Notes: generated from the letters alone by a model not told the origin. A DNA stretch of 64,000 nt from Vezdaea acicularis (GCA_026025075.1 JAPEUI010000017.1:62001-126000), one strand, 5' to 3'; positions 13,106 through 25,505 are shown, numbered from the stretch's first letter. Translations and numbers: made by a program.

Positions 13106-13605
13106 TCGCCCTTGGGGGCTGATCTCGCGAGTTCTGTATTATTGTTTCACGCATGGCACGGGTCATACACACATAGCAACGAGAGTTTGTCAGTCTTTTT
13201 ATTCTTGGCTTCCGCGTATGCACACCTTTCATACCTAATGATGAGAACGATCCTTTCATGGTGCCTCGCCGTTAATGCGGCTGGAGGACGGGTCCGCGTA
13301 TCAGATTGAATGACAAGCACGCCCAAGATACCATTACTCGTTGCTTCGTGATTGGGTTTGATTAGGAAATTAGATATCAAAAGCAAAATTCTATTGTCTT
13401 TGATCAATGTGGCCCGTCGGATGAACGACGAATTCTTGTCATGGCGTGATGCGTAAACCAGTTCAACTAATCAACCATCTCGACGGAGACCAAACGCCCG
13501 CCCCAACCCAACCGCCCCTTCTCATCGTAGTCTCACCGCTCACGTCTCATCTCCCCGCCTGGGAACGTCTCGGATGTCATTCCTGAAAACGTCGAGGCGC
13601 GTATC

Positions 13606-16600
13606 TTACATCTCCTCCAACGCACAGTTGGGATGTAGGACGTAGAGCACCCTCTCCGTCTCCATCTCCCCACCCTCCGCATCCGCCAATCCCTCCCCTC
13701 GGATCTGCATGAGCACGTTCTCCTATTTCGATCATCAGCCCCCTCTATCTCGACGCGTGCCCGCACGCCTTCACTCCGAAAACAAACGCGGGGGAAGAAA
13801 AGCACTAACCTTCACCAAGCGCTTCAGCACCTTCCGCACCAACTCCAATTCCCTCTCCCCCTCCTCCTCGTCCGCGAACTGCGCCTCGTTTCGCTCCATA
13901 TACCACATCAGCAGCTCCTGTTGCTCGACCCCGTCCCCGTCCCGGAGCTCATCCTCGTTCACCCGCCTCACCAGCTGGTTCAGGATCGCCTTGTACTGAT
14001 CATGCGTGATCTTCGTCTTCGTCCCCGCGGTCGCCGCCCGCGAATGCCCTTCGTCGTCCGCTTCGGGGGTGCCCCCCATCGCCGCGTCTCCATCATCATC
14101 CCCTCCCCGCCTCCTCCTCCTCACTTCCCCTACTTGCTCGTCCTCGTCCTCAGAGTCCACCTCCACGTCGTCCTTCTCGACCGAGATGATGCTCTGCCGC
14201 AACAGATTGTACGCCTCCCTCACAAACGCCGGGCTGACATCCTCGACACAGTTCGCCTTCGCAATCGCCTCGCTGAGCCGTATCATACTTTCCAGCTGCC
14301 TCACCGTGATGCGATAGCTGTTGCGTCCGATCCCGCCCTGCGCGTCGTCCGCACGTAGCTCCTTGTACTTCTCGACGAGCAGCGCCTTCGCCTCGGGCGT
14401 GAACTCTGGCTTGAACGTCCGCGCGAACCGGATGTAGCGCTGCAGCTGCTCCGTGCTGAACTCAGGCTTGACGGCCTCGTCGCGCAGCGCGTGGATGCTG
14501 ACAATGTGCTCGGCGAGGTGGCGGTCAACCGCCTCGTTACATTCATCCAGAATCACGAAGAACAGGTCGAACCGCGACATGATGGGCGCGGACATGTTGA
14601 TGTTCGTCCGAAGCGTCGCCTTGCGGTTGTAGCGGCCGCCGACCGGGTTCGCGGCCGCCAGGATGGACGTGCGGGCGTTGAGCGTTGCCTGGATGCCGGC
14701 TTTTGCGATGGAGATGGTCTGCTGCTCCATAGCCTCATGAATGGCGACCTGGTCAGCGATGTCCATCTTGTCGAACTCGTCGATCGCACAAATCCCATTA
14801 TCCGCGAGCATGAGGGCGCCGGCCTCGATCGTGAACTCGCCCGTCTCCTCGTCCTTGACGACCGCGGCAGTCAAACCAGCAGCTGAGCTAGCTTTGCCGG
14901 ACGTGTAGACGGCACGCGGAAGGAATGAGCAGATGTATTTGAGGAATTGGGACTTTGATGTGCTGGGGTCACCGACGATGCAGATGTTCAGGTCCCCGCG
15001 CAGTTGCATGCCTTCGGGGGTGACTTTGCTGACACCCCCCATCAACTGGAGGAGAAGCCCCTTTTTGACTATCTCGTGTCCGTACACCATCGGAGCGAGC
15101 GAGTTGACAAGGCGCGAGTAGATGTGGTCGCTGTGCACCATGCGCTTCAGCTCATCAATCTCGGATTGTGTCAGCGAGGCAAGGAAAGCTTCTTGGGCGT
15201 GGTCTCCTGCATCATGTGGATCCGGTGGTGCCGTCTGGTTAAGAGAAGCAAGAAGGTTGTTGGACTGTCCGCTCAACTGCTGCGCGGCGGCTGAGCCGGG
15301 GGTTGAAGTATCAGGCGTAACCATGCATGCGAGGAAAGCAAGACGGTATGTGAGGTCTCTAACACCAAGGGACTTCAGACCAGTAACGCCTGCGCCACCG
15401 GCATCACCCCCTCGAGGGGCATTACGATTGTCACGTGTGGCTTCCGGGCGGACCCCCGGTAGGCCAAGCTGGCTAACGTCTGGAACGACGATGAGAGCCC
15501 CTGTGAAGACGCATTTCTCGCCCGCTTTGGCACGGTCTACAATCTCCCCCCGGAGGATCACGTCCATGGTCCGCGGCATGCTGCCGGTCGGGATTTCCGA
15601 GCTGTTCTCTTGGATGCGCACTTTCTGCCAGTCAACGAAGGTGCTGTGGCGGATGTCTAGGCGCCATCCCTGTCGGTTGCCGCAGGTGAGATTGGGGCAT
15701 TGTGTGGGTTCTGTATAGCGGAAGGTTTGCTCCACGTCTAAGACGGCGGTGCGGCAAGCCTCACATGTGAACGTTGCAAGGGATAGTTCAGGCCGAACTT
15801 CAGAAGTGCGGGTGACGGTTCCAGAGATGGAAAGAAGTTGGCCTATAGCCGTTGTGCGCAGATGCCGGATGCGAGATACTAGGGGGAGGTTGTAAAACGC
15901 AAGGGTAAATAGCTTGTCAGTCTGTTGATTCGTTGTCTTGTCACCCTGGCTGTCTGAACCAGTAGCTACATTGCTTGCAGTTGACGACGTCTGCGTTGAG
16001 GAGCCTGTCGGTTGTCGATGTTCCTTGAAATATCGTGGCTCATGCTTCGCAATCAGGTCGTGAAGACCGCGTGTGAGAAAAGGGAGGAACCGATAGTAGC
16101 CAGCAACGATAGCTTCGGCCAGATTCCCGTTCTGGAATGAGAGGAGGTGCTGGTAGTCAACGTAGAGCGTGGAGAGATTGTAGGCGCGCAGGCCATGGAT
16201 TTGATTGATATAGTATTTATCAGACGAAGACATCCCACTGGATACCGGAGCGCCTGACGAACTAGGTTCTTCGATGTACCTGATACCGGGTTAGATGAGC
16301 ATATCTATTGTGACTTAAGTCGCAATTTACGTAGCTAGGAAGTCCACAAAGTTCCGGCGAACCGTCTCCCCAACGGCATCAACCACGCGGGGTACGTCTC
16401 TATCCATTGGATTCCTCGATTTATTCTTCAGATTGCCCCTTACCCCAACGACCTCGTCATCAGCGAACCCATCCGCATCGCTCAGAGGACCAGCGGCGCT
16501 CTCTGATGGCGGGCCCATTGGCCGCGCCGACGAGCGACGTCTAGAGCGGTCCTGTCTCGATTTGGGAGTAGCTCCATCGCTGCTATTATGTGCTGGGAGG

Positions 16601-16638
16601 TTGTCTGAAGTCAACACCGCATCTACCAGGGATGACAT
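13606..16638 (-). CDS. MCM6: DNA replication licensing factor MCM6
   Basis: Walker A GDPSTSKSQ, IDEFDKM, SRFD arginine finger, zinc motif CEAC...CPNLTC; exons 16638-16331, 16279-13810 and 13722-13606; the last exon encodes the MCM6-type tail ...VLYVLHPNCALEEM*. Confidence 0.97.
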
Positions 16639-16739
16639 TCTGTCTGTATCGTTTGATGCCAATCTTGTCAGAGTGTGATGTAGTGGCTGATTGAAGAAAT
16701 GGTGGGAGAGTTTCTGTTATACGTGGGTTCTATTAAAGG

Positions 16740-16768
16740 ACGCGTCGCGTCGCGAGGTGGACCGCGTA
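16740..16768. promoter_or_regulatory. Cluster of MCB-like (ACGCGT/CGCG) G1/S elements upstream of MCM6
   Basis: ACGCGTCGCGTCGCG at 16740-16754 plus CCGCGT at ~16762, about 100 bp upstream of the MCM6 ATG; MBF-type regulation of replication genes is established in yeasts. Confidence 0.55.
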
Positions 16769-17392
16769 AAGTGGTTGCAGCCGCCCAATCAGATTAAGCT
16801 AGGGTCTACGAAATTACGGCACAGGCCTCAGCTATTGGGAGGGGTATGCTGGCCTGGTTTCTCGGTCAGATCAATAAATAAGACAGTTTATAAACATTTG
16901 TACTTCAGGGAAGAAGAGTAGTTTCGTCAAAAACTCAATATCTCCCAGCACTTCCCGTACCACAGCAGCAGGAAACAGCAGCAGCAAATGGTACGCAGGC
17001 AAAGGCAAAGGACTTCCCACAAATGAGCAGCCCCAGTGCCAGCACAGGTTCCATTGGTAGCCCAGTATGCTCAAAGCTAATCATTAGCTATTCTAGGCCT
17101 CAGGCGAGTTCTCTAAGGTTGCTGTCAAACGAATCATTGTCATGACCACCAACGCCCAGGATTGCAATACTGACAAGCCACATGATGCATCTCCAAAAAA
17201 CAAGTGCCAGACAAACCCCAAACTCCTCCACATATGCTCCCTGAAAGAAGCCCACAAGCGCCAGTAGAAATGCCGCTCTGAAAATATGAATGAGGATGGG
17301 GTATCAAAAAGAAATACAATTGCCCTTGCTTCTTTTCCACCGGCAGCAAAGTCTTCATTTCGTGGACGAAACCCGTCAATGATTCAAATGTG

Positions 17393-20300
17393 TCAGATGG
17401 GGTAATCTTCTAGATCCTCCAACCATTTTCTGATGCCCTCACGAAGAGTGCTTTCCTTCGCTCTAACGTTGCGATCCACGCTGTCCTCCGCAAACACAGT
17501 CCGAATTATACACTCCAGAGCACTTAGCACAGTTGTTTTACACTCTCCTCTAGCTAACTGTCCGTTTGATATTTCCTTTGTTGATTGGTCAGGCGCACCA
17601 AGTTCTCTCTCTATTGCTCGTCCGCGTCTACACGACGACGGCCTTGTAGAAGCTGAAGACGGAGGTCTTGTGTTGTTCCCTGCCGTTGCAAGCACCCGTT
17701 CAATAGCTTCAACGAGGGCATGGTCCATGTTGAAGATGGGTTCAATGATAAACTGTTCCTCTTCCATTGACGTTGTTCCCAAGTCAAGGTGAGGTGTCAA
17801 AGGCTGTGAGATGTAAGGATTCTCATCTGGTGGCGGCTCTGAGGCAGGGGTGTCACTTGATGCAAAATTTTGAGCGCCCCTCCTCACACGACGACGAAGT
17901 CGAAGGCGTTTGATTGTAAACTTATCTGCATCTGCGAGAAGGGCGCTGCATATATCAACCCAATTGCCGGATGTGGTGTGTTGATTGTTGTAGTGATGGA
18001 AGGTGGCTGGGGTTGGCTCCGATCGCATCGCTTCTTTGACATCAGTTTCAAGTTCCTGATATGGACTGACGGCTTGTAAAGCAAAGTCGGGATGAAATCG
18101 CTTAAGCCAGCCCGCAACACTAACTTCAGTTTCGCAGCCAACGTTGGTGAAAGGACAAGAGGAAGCCTGGAAACCCGATTTGTAACGAGAGTTATCTTGC
18201 GTCACAAATGAAGCTAACCCGTGGGATCCAGTGGAGCTGACGGGTGAGCCGAAGCTTGATGACATAAGACTTCCCATACCGACATCAACATCTACCACCC
18301 CGTCCCGTTCGTCAACCGAGACTTTGAGAGGAGAATCTTGCCTTGATGTTCCCACTGGAATTGCCTGAGCTACAGTAGTTCGTGTGGCAGAAATACTTGT
18401 CCTGTTTCCGAGTGCTTCAGAGAGTTTCCCTTCAGAGGGTATCTTATTTACATGAGTATCAGGTCGTTTGGTGTCCAAGCCTGAGACAACTTCACGGAAG
18501 CTCTCTGCTTCAGAGACCATTTGATCCAGTTTACCGCTTGAACGGTTCTCAGCATGTGTGGTGTATTCAGGTCTTGCCCCCAACGCGTCTTCAGCACCAT
18601 TAAAGGGTTCGCTCGCGTCCGTCGATGAATCTCCGCGGCTCCAGAATCCACTTAAAAGACTCCCCCACCGACTGTTGGGGTTCGACTCGGAGCCGTGGTT
18701 GCTAAGATTGTTGCTGTCATTCCTCTGAAGGGAAGTAATGAGATTCATTGAAGCTAAGCTACTGCTGCTGCCACGGCGATGCTCGGACGACATATCTCTT
18801 CGATCGCGAATGTGCGGTGCTACAAAGTGAGGCATTGTCGTGGCTGGAGTTACTGTTGCAGTGGTCGCTGTACTGCTCTTCCTTGGGACGGGCGACCCTA
18901 GCGGGATCGTCATGTTCGCTGATGCAGCTTTTGATGAAGAACCTGAAGATCGCCTAGAGTGTCGGCTTTCTCGGTTCTTGTGGAGACCTTCTTCCTGCAT
19001 GCTCTCTTCAACATGATGAGTTGGGAAACTTGTCGTTCTAAGGTGTCCCTGCGGGTGAATGCGGTTTTGCTTCGCTCTTCGGTTTATAGAGCGTCGCAAA
19101 GACTCCTTCTTATGGAAATGCCCCAAAGGTGGCGATTGAGAGTATTCTCCGACGGACGTCGCAGTTGCCGGCCGACGAGGGGATATGCTCTCGAAAGATG
19201 TATTTCCCGCGGGAAGAAATGCCGAGAGGAGAAAAATGAACCGCCTGGCAGCCATTTTGTCACCCGAAACGATTACAGTGCGACTGCTAAGTGGATGCTC
19301 TTCATTCGCAAGGGCCTTTTGAACCTGTCGATAGCGCTTACGATAAGGCTTTGGAGCTAGGACACCTAGCCATTCCGTATGAGTGCCCAGGAAGGCTGTT
19401 AATATGTTGAAGAAGAAGAAGTTTTGCTCCTTTCCTGTCGCCCACTTACTGAGCCAACGTGCCTCATCTCTCCAAATGCCCCAGCGGCCTTGCCCGGTAA
19501 CTACCCGAGGAATACGTAGCTCAAGGATGGCTCGTTGCCCAATCCGGTCAACGCCTTGTCTAAGAAGCTTACTTTGGCTAAGAGCATCAGCCTTAAGTTG
19601 AATCGTTTGCTGGTTCATCTTCAGAGGCTTCCGGGAAGCTTGAAGTTGAGTCGCCGGTGGCGCTTGGACTAAAGTTCGTGGTATTGCAACATAAACTGAG
19701 GACAATGCCTTCAGTATCTCTCCGTGAGCCAGGGTCTGCAGAGATGCAAGTATCCTAGAAATTGCTTCCCAGTGTTGAACAATGATGTCCATCCCATCAT
19801 CAATGTCTCCGGTAGGGGTAAGGCTGGACAAACCGTCAAAACCAGAAGCATTGAATATCGCACTAGCTCGCACCTCATCATCTAGAGAAGATGGGAACTC
19901 CGCTATGCTTTGGAATGAGCTGGCCATGCGAGATCCTGGGTAAGACGAGGGTCCTGATTGAGAGGCGATGTGCTTAGGGGAAGCGACTGGCAAGCTAAAA
20001 ACCAGCGCAACAGCAAACATTGGGGTTTTCATTTGCTTCAGGACAGATTTCTTCCCGTCACTTGGGCCATGGTTACCATTTTCCCCAGCCATGCGTGGAA
20101 ATGGATAGCTTTTAGTATGCGACTGCGCAACCGGCGGGCTGGGGCTGCCTCCTACATTTTCTTGAACGCCATTGTTTAGTTCGGGCAAATTGACGGAAAA
20201 CATTCTGGTCACAAGAATACTCCGCCTGTTCGAAGTACAAGTAGGGTCACCTGGGTTAAGTTGATCTGAAGATCCGGTGTCGGAGGAAAAATTGCCCGGC

Positions 20301-21121
20301 GTGAATGACTGAGCTAGTTGGCTTCTACGACGACCCTCTGCCCTTTCAGAGGAGCCCGATTCATCCATAGTCAAGGGGCTGGGATTGGTTAGCCGTGATG
20401 GTGTCTTTGGCTCCATTGGCATGACGTGGAGCTTTATGCTAGGACCCTTGTAAGACAGTGGCGCACTGCCGAACATGCAATCTAAGATTGTCCGAAGCTC
20501 ATTTCGCTGTTGAGTTGCAAACCGGCCTTGGTACGTTTCGGCGGTGACACTTTGCGCCCGTCGCTGGCTCCGCTGGAAGACACTCCCACCGTCAATGCCT
20601 CCAATACAAGGAGGGGCAGCATTGCGAGGCATCGACATTCCGGGTTGGTTGGATGCTGTCGAGGAGAGCACATCGGACTCTGAAGAAGTGGGCCGTACGA
20701 TGCTTGATAGCGACGTACGTGGAGTATGGGTTTTGGCGCCGTGGCCACGACTATTCTCCTTACTAGTGCGGCTGATCCCACCCTTCGGAGACTTCGAATC
20801 AAGAAGTACAGTCTTGTCAGGTTGTGAGGCTGTTGAATCTTGCGCAACAAGTACCCGGATATCTTGAGGGTTTTGAAGATCAAGTTCTCCATAGCAATCA
20901 TATCCGTCTACTGCAGCTGATGTTTGCGCAAATGAAGGGTTCGGGAGAGGAAAGGCATAAGATTGTGGTTGATGGAGTAAGCTTGGGTCCGGGTACAGTA
21001 AGCTATGAGTATGTGCTTCCTCCTGGACGGACTCCGGGGACGTTCTAGAACGAGTCGAGGGCGAACTAGGTTCCGACTGCTGAAGCGAAGAAGCTGCCGC
21101 TGAGAAAAGACGTCCGAGCAT
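17393..21121 (-). CDS. LST4: Folliculin-interacting protein (FNIP / Lst4-like), Rag GTPase GAP subunit
   Basis: 1242-aa intronless ORF; FNIP_N-like blocks IRVLVAQD, LDCMFGSAPLSYKGPSIKLH and ILVTRMFSV; central FFFNILTAFL...RTVIVS...ARRFIFLLSAFLP block. Confidence 0.75.
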   Translation of the reverse strand: MLGRLFSAAASSLQQSEPSSPSTRSRTSPESVQEEAHTHSLLYPDPSLLHQPQSYAFPLPNPSFAQTSAAVDGYDCYGELDLQNPQDIRVLVAQDSTASQPDKTVLLDSKSPKGGISRTSKENSRGHGAKTHTPRTSLSSIVRPTSSESDVLSSTASNQPGMSMPRNAAPPCIGGIDGGSVFQRSQRRAQSVTAETYQGRFATQQRNELRTILDCMFGSAPLSYKGPSIKLHVMPMEPKTPSRLTNPSPLTMDESGSSERAEGRRRSQLAQSFTPGNFSSDTGSSDQLNPGDPTCTSNRRSILVTRMFSVNLPELNNGVQENVGGSPSPPVAQSHTKSYPFPRMAGENGNHGPSDGKKSVLKQMKTPMFAVALVFSLPVASPKHIASQSGPSSYPGSRMASSFQSIAEFPSSLDDEVRASAIFNASGFDGLSSLTPTGDIDDGMDIIVQHWEAISRILASLQTLAHGEILKALSSVYVAIPRTLVQAPPATQLQASRKPLKMNQQTIQLKADALSQSKLLRQGVDRIGQRAILELRIPRVVTGQGRWGIWRDEARWLSKWATGKEQNFFFFNILTAFLGTHTEWLGVLAPKPYRKRYRQVQKALANEEHPLSSRTVIVSGDKMAARRFIFLLSAFLPAGNTSFESISPRRPATATSVGEYSQSPPLGHFHKKESLRRSINRRAKQNRIHPQGHLRTTSFPTHHVEESMQEEGLHKNRESRHSRRSSGSSSKAASANMTIPLGSPVPRKSSTATTATVTPATTMPHFVAPHIRDRRDMSSEHRRGSSSSLASMNLITSLQRNDSNNLSNHGSESNPNSRWGSLLSGFWSRGDSSTDASEPFNGAEDALGARPEYTTHAENRSSGKLDQMVSEAESFREVVSGLDTKRPDTHVNKIPSEGKLSEALGNRTSISATRTTVAQAIPVGTSRQDSPLKVSVDERDGVVDVDVGMGSLMSSSFGSPVSSTGSHGLASFVTQDNSRYKSGFQASSCPFTNVGCETEVSVAGWLKRFHPDFALQAVSPYQELETDVKEAMRSEPTPATFHHYNNQHTTSGNWVDICSALLADADKFTIKRLRLRRRVRRGAQNFASSDTPASEPPPDENPYISQPLTPHLDLGTTSMEEEQFIIEPIFNMDHALVEAIERVLATAGNNTRPPSSASTRPSSCRRGRAIERELGAPDQSTKEISNGQLARGECKTTVLSALECIIRTVFAEDSVDRNVRAKESTLREGIRKWLEDLEDYPI

Positions 21122-21574
21122 TGCTTCCGGGACGGTGTATGAATATTAAACGGCCGTGACAATCTTGAGATACTGGGACAACAGTATATCCGCGAGGCAC
21201 GCAATAGAGCGAGGCGTCTGAAGATAATAAGTGAATAAAGTGCCTCTTCAACGTCAGGCCTGCCGGATATCTGACGTTGAGACCATTATTCTCTCAGGCC
21301 AACTTGCCACTCAAGTATAGGCCAGGGACGCGCTCAGCTAGAGCTCAAGACAGAATCAAGACACCGGCGAAAGTGCGGACTTCGTACATCAACAAGTCGT
21401 TCAAAGGGAATGTACTTTGCAGTCTCGCATAAGTAAGCGAGAACCATTGACGGAGGTAGGAAGACGAGAAGATCAACGCTGCTATTGTACAGCCAGTGCA
21501 GATGGCGGAACCGTTATTGAACCACAAATTCGGTCCAAGGCGTTGAGATTGAAGTGAAATGATAAGTCGATTTC

Positions 21575-21995
21575 GTTAGTGTAAATGGTAGGAGGCGCTG
21601 TTGAGGGGACTTTGGGCTTCGGAGGCAGCTATGGCGATGGAAGCAGCGGTGAGAGCCCGAGAGCAACCGGCTGCCGATCCCACCCGGGACCACTCTCATA
21701 AACACCGTTAGCAGAGCACCTTCACCCGAAGCCGGACGGTAGTCCTTCCACCGCCTGTTCGGAAAGGCACGAGCCATCTGCTACCGGCAGGGCAAGAGGC
21801 TGCCTGCGCTTTAAGCGCTCCAAGCCTGACTTGCCCGCCGTCGCACCAGGCCCGCTGGCCCAAAACCACCAGCGCTTAAAGCGCTTAAAGGCCGATGCAC
21901 CCGTCTTTGCGCCGGGCTCGTCAAGCCGCACCCACAATCGGAGCTGTGGACAAAATTGATGGCGCATTAAACGGGGGTTTCCCCATAACTAGTTG
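21575..21995. ncRNA. Candidate structured non-coding RNA, family not identified
   Basis: GC-rich intergenic island with a perfect 14-bp inverted repeat (21806-21819 / 21871-21884) and several smaller hairpins; no credible ORF. Confidence 0.3.
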
Positions 21996-23359
21996 CTTCA
22001 CACTCGAAGGCACAAAACAGCCCTGCCGGGCCGCGGATATATCCTAGGTTGTAAGAATCTGACAAGAGTAATGGCGTAGGACTATTGAGCTAATCTAAGA
22101 ATAATCATCATTGATTACCAACGATCTCGCAACTGCTGAAAGGAGCGCATGCGGATGGATACTGTAGTCATGCCCACTCTTCGCTTGTGCGCCATCAATT
22201 TTGTCCACAGCTTCAAATTGTTTTAAGCGTTTGCTGTCCGGTTTCGATAAAGTTATGCGAGACAGGCTAACTGAATTTAGACCCCTGCCATCTTTGCACA
22301 ACTTTGTCTCGTGGGTATAGGAGTCTTCCTCCCACCCGTATTTTTATCGTACTCCTGTATAATGGAAGTCAAGCGCTAAGAGCCAGAGTGTAAAAGCTTT
22401 AATGGTATCGAATCATTTTATAGCCACAAATAGGCATATTGTACCGTCTTGGTGGCCTTGCTAACAAAAGGTACCTCGTCGAGGGTCTGATCGTCGACAA
22501 CCCATCACTCCTTTCAATTGAACCTTCATCGCCGCCGTCCGTTTCTCCAGCGCCATTGATATGTTAGCTTGATCACCCCAGCACTGACGGTGCTATGATC
22601 TAATGCTAGTGTCAATGTATTGGCTGGAGCTGCCCTCTTTGTCAAGTGGAGCTGCATTGATCCATCCCTCTACTGGTAGCACGCGGAAGTGGCCTTGGTG
22701 CGGGGAGACTGATCTCCCTCACAGCGCCTCACTAAGATTTTTCGATTACACTTGCTATTTCATCGTAGTTGCCATATTCAGCTCCACAAAGGCCTCAATA
22801 TTTGCAATTGTGGAGTTTAATTACAGCCATATCCATGAGTTGTGAAGCTGATTGAAGGGCATGCAGATCTGGCGTTGGGCGGACGGTTGTCTACGTGCAA
22901 CGATGTAACTATGTAACGCTATCATCTCTGCAAGCTTTCCCGCCATCTGCCATGGCTAGCTGAACCCAAGGAGAGATTATCAGCTGAGAAATATTGGCAC
23001 GGGATGCGATCTTGTGCTCTGCTGTCGACTATCCAAGAAGAGTAGCGACTAACTCGAGATTCATGGGTGGGTTACATTTCAGCTTCCGCCTCATCCCTTC
23101 ACGGATACTTTTGATAGCTGTGCCCGAATTCAGCTCCATCGCGCACAATTTGGCGCCCGGCGAGGCATTAACAATGTTACATTAGAGATGGCCACGAGGC
23201 GAGATGCTCTGCGCTTTGCCGTCCTATCATGTTCAATGATAATATGGTCTGGAAATCTATATAAACCTTCACATATCCTTTGGAGTCAATCCTTAGAGAC
23301 ACCCAAATTTCAATTCATCTCACTTCAGAACAAGCATTAGCAAGCTCCGGTTTGACAAA

Positions 23360-24432
23360 ATGAGTGACAAGAAACGGGAAACCACGGGGGAGACCTCTGT
23401 CCCAACAGTGGTTGGAGAACTGGAAAACTTTCCCGGCGAGACTTTGAAGGCAGTCAAAAGCCTTGGAAGTTGGTATGGTTACAAATACATCATACTTCTT
23501 TGGTATGTATCATTGCGACGAAGACAAAAGGTGACTGACAAAAAGTAAAGGCCCAAAGCATTCACCCACATTAATAAAGCCACGAAACCATCAGGCGAAA
23601 CCTTCAATGGTATTAGTCTTCAAGAATTTGCCCCGGCCGAACAAATACTTCACTATGTCTTCTGTTTCAAGGAAACCAAAGAGGCTGTTAGCTACCGAAT
23701 TTGTGAATTCCCAGTCAATAAAGAACATCTGCCAACCGAAGAAGTCAAGCGTACTTTATCCCGCGAAGGGGTACCTCCAGGCCAGGGTCCACCTGCAAGC
23801 TCACTATTTCTTCTGGAAGAAACGCAGACACACCATATTAGTCCTGCGCAAGGTCCGATTGAGGTCGACAGCTATGTTTACTCTAATATGATGGTAGGAT
23901 GGCCGTTAGCGAAAGCATATGCTATGGCCGTTGGTATTGCTATCGCTCAGTGGAAGAAGGGCATACCTTTTCAATATGCCATCATCCGGTACGCCTTACC
24001 TTGTAACCTAAAAACATTATACATAGCTCTTAAACAGCCTCGCTGACAAGCAGTAGGAGTGTGTTGCATCCTGAGAAGGGTAAAAATCATGGAGATGAAT
24101 CCACTCATATGACCATGTTCTACGGGGCAACGAGACCTGATCACCTTGGTGACGCGTTTGAGACCGCGCCCGCACATATCTACACGACAGCTCTGTTTGA
24201 CAAGGTTGATGACAAGATCAAGCTTGTGGTTGATTCTTGGTCATATGGCTATATTAAATGGTATCCACAGGCCGCAACACCGGAAAAAGCTGCGGAAGTA
24301 CTGAAATCCCCAGCAGAGGATAAAAGAGAAAGGAAGAGAAAAGAGGAAAAAGGGAAGGTAAAAGCAGATGAGGCAAGAGTAGCGGAAATAGATTGGCTGT
24401 ATGGTAATGACGACATGGATATTTTAACATAG
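23360..24432 (+). CDS. Orphan five-exon hypothetical protein (~274 aa)
   Basis: TATA (CTATATAAA) at ~23257; predicted exons 23360-23472, 23546-23609, 23672-23852, 23898-23988 and 24057-24432 splice GT-AG into one open frame; the first acceptor choice is uncertain. Confidence 0.6.
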
Positions 24433-24857
24433 TTTTTGTTGAAAGAAGAGTTGTATTTGGTGTTTGTGAAAGGTTGTTAACACCCAGGCACTGTTCAACT
24501 CAAACTTACTTCAGATGTCTGGGTTTACAGATAGTTTGAGAATAAAGGCACATTTTGATCCATTTTTTTCCCTCTCAGGACTGTGATGTACAATAAGGTT
24601 TTAATTGATTGAATATCCTGATACTTACTGTTGAAAAGGGGCTGTCTCCTTTGTACAGATGTAGTTTTTTTTTTCTGATATACGTGTAACTTGGACATGA
24701 GGAGAAACTCCAGGATATATCCCTTGAAGTACTACTACTTTCCTCTAGCTTCGAGGAGTAGTCTGACCTAAGCAAAGGATTCCGCTACCGTTGAGCTTAC
24801 TGTCTCTGTATGGTCGCGCGAGGCAATTTGCACGGCGCATGCGTATCGCAGATTCAC

Positions 24858-25114
24858 TGTAAGAACGCGATGGCATCTGTCTTGGGCGCGCCGGCGCGCC
24901 CTAGACGGCTGCTCTCGCTTAGACGCCGACGGCGCTCAGGGGGCGCTTAGTCAGCGCGCCCCTTACATATATATCAAGTCGGTCCCGCTGGGGACGCGGT
25001 ATCCAATAGTCTTGACTCATAGCTAGTTCTTGGAATCTATTCATGTAATTGCAGTCCATTCATTATATCGCTATATCACTATATCTATATAGCCCTGCAA
25101 CACTGCTAGCTATC
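24858..25114 (+). mobile_element. Older LTR of the same family, 5' part (interrupted by the intact element)
   Basis: Begins TGTAAGAACGCG and aligns, mostly with transition mismatches, to the reverse complement of LTR 25236-25492; 257 bp plus the 121 bp at 33346-33466 gives a full 378-bp LTR. Confidence 0.92.
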
Positions 25115-25492
25115 TGTAAGGACGGGCACGATAGCTGCCCCTGATTCTGAGAGCGTGGTAGGCCGGCGCCGTCTGCGGCCCGCCTGCGGTGTCACTGCGT
25201 GTTTAATAGGCTATGGGGATAGGCGGGCCACCGGCGATAGCTAGCAATGTCACAGGGCTATATAGATGTAGCGGTATAGTGATATAATGAATAGACTGCG
25301 GTTATATGAATAGATTCCAAGAACTAGCTATAGATCAAGACTATTCGATGCCGCGCCCCTAGCGGGCCCGACTTGATATATATATAAGGGGCGCGCTGAC
25401 TAAGCGTCCCCTGAGCGCCGCCGGCGTCTAAGCGAGAACAGCCGTCTAGAGCGCGCCGGCGCGCTCTAGGCGGATGCCAGCGCGTTCTTACA
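25115..25492 (-). repeat. 3' LTR (378 bp)
   Basis: TGTAAG...CTTACA termini; appears identical to 32963-33340. Confidence 0.97.
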
Positions 25493-25505
25493 ACTGCCTC
25501 CCCCC
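25493..25505 (-). other. Polypurine tract (plus-strand priming site)
   Basis: The minus strand reads GGGGGGAGGCAGT immediately before the 3' LTR TGTAAG. Confidence 0.85.

Noticed and set aside
21600..21620. AAAGTCCCC on the minus strand resembling the RNase MRP P4 5' strand
   Set aside because: No matching GGGGCT-type 3' P4 strand was found at a suitable distance downstream. No telomerase template (TAACCCTAA) or snRNA hallmark was found either.
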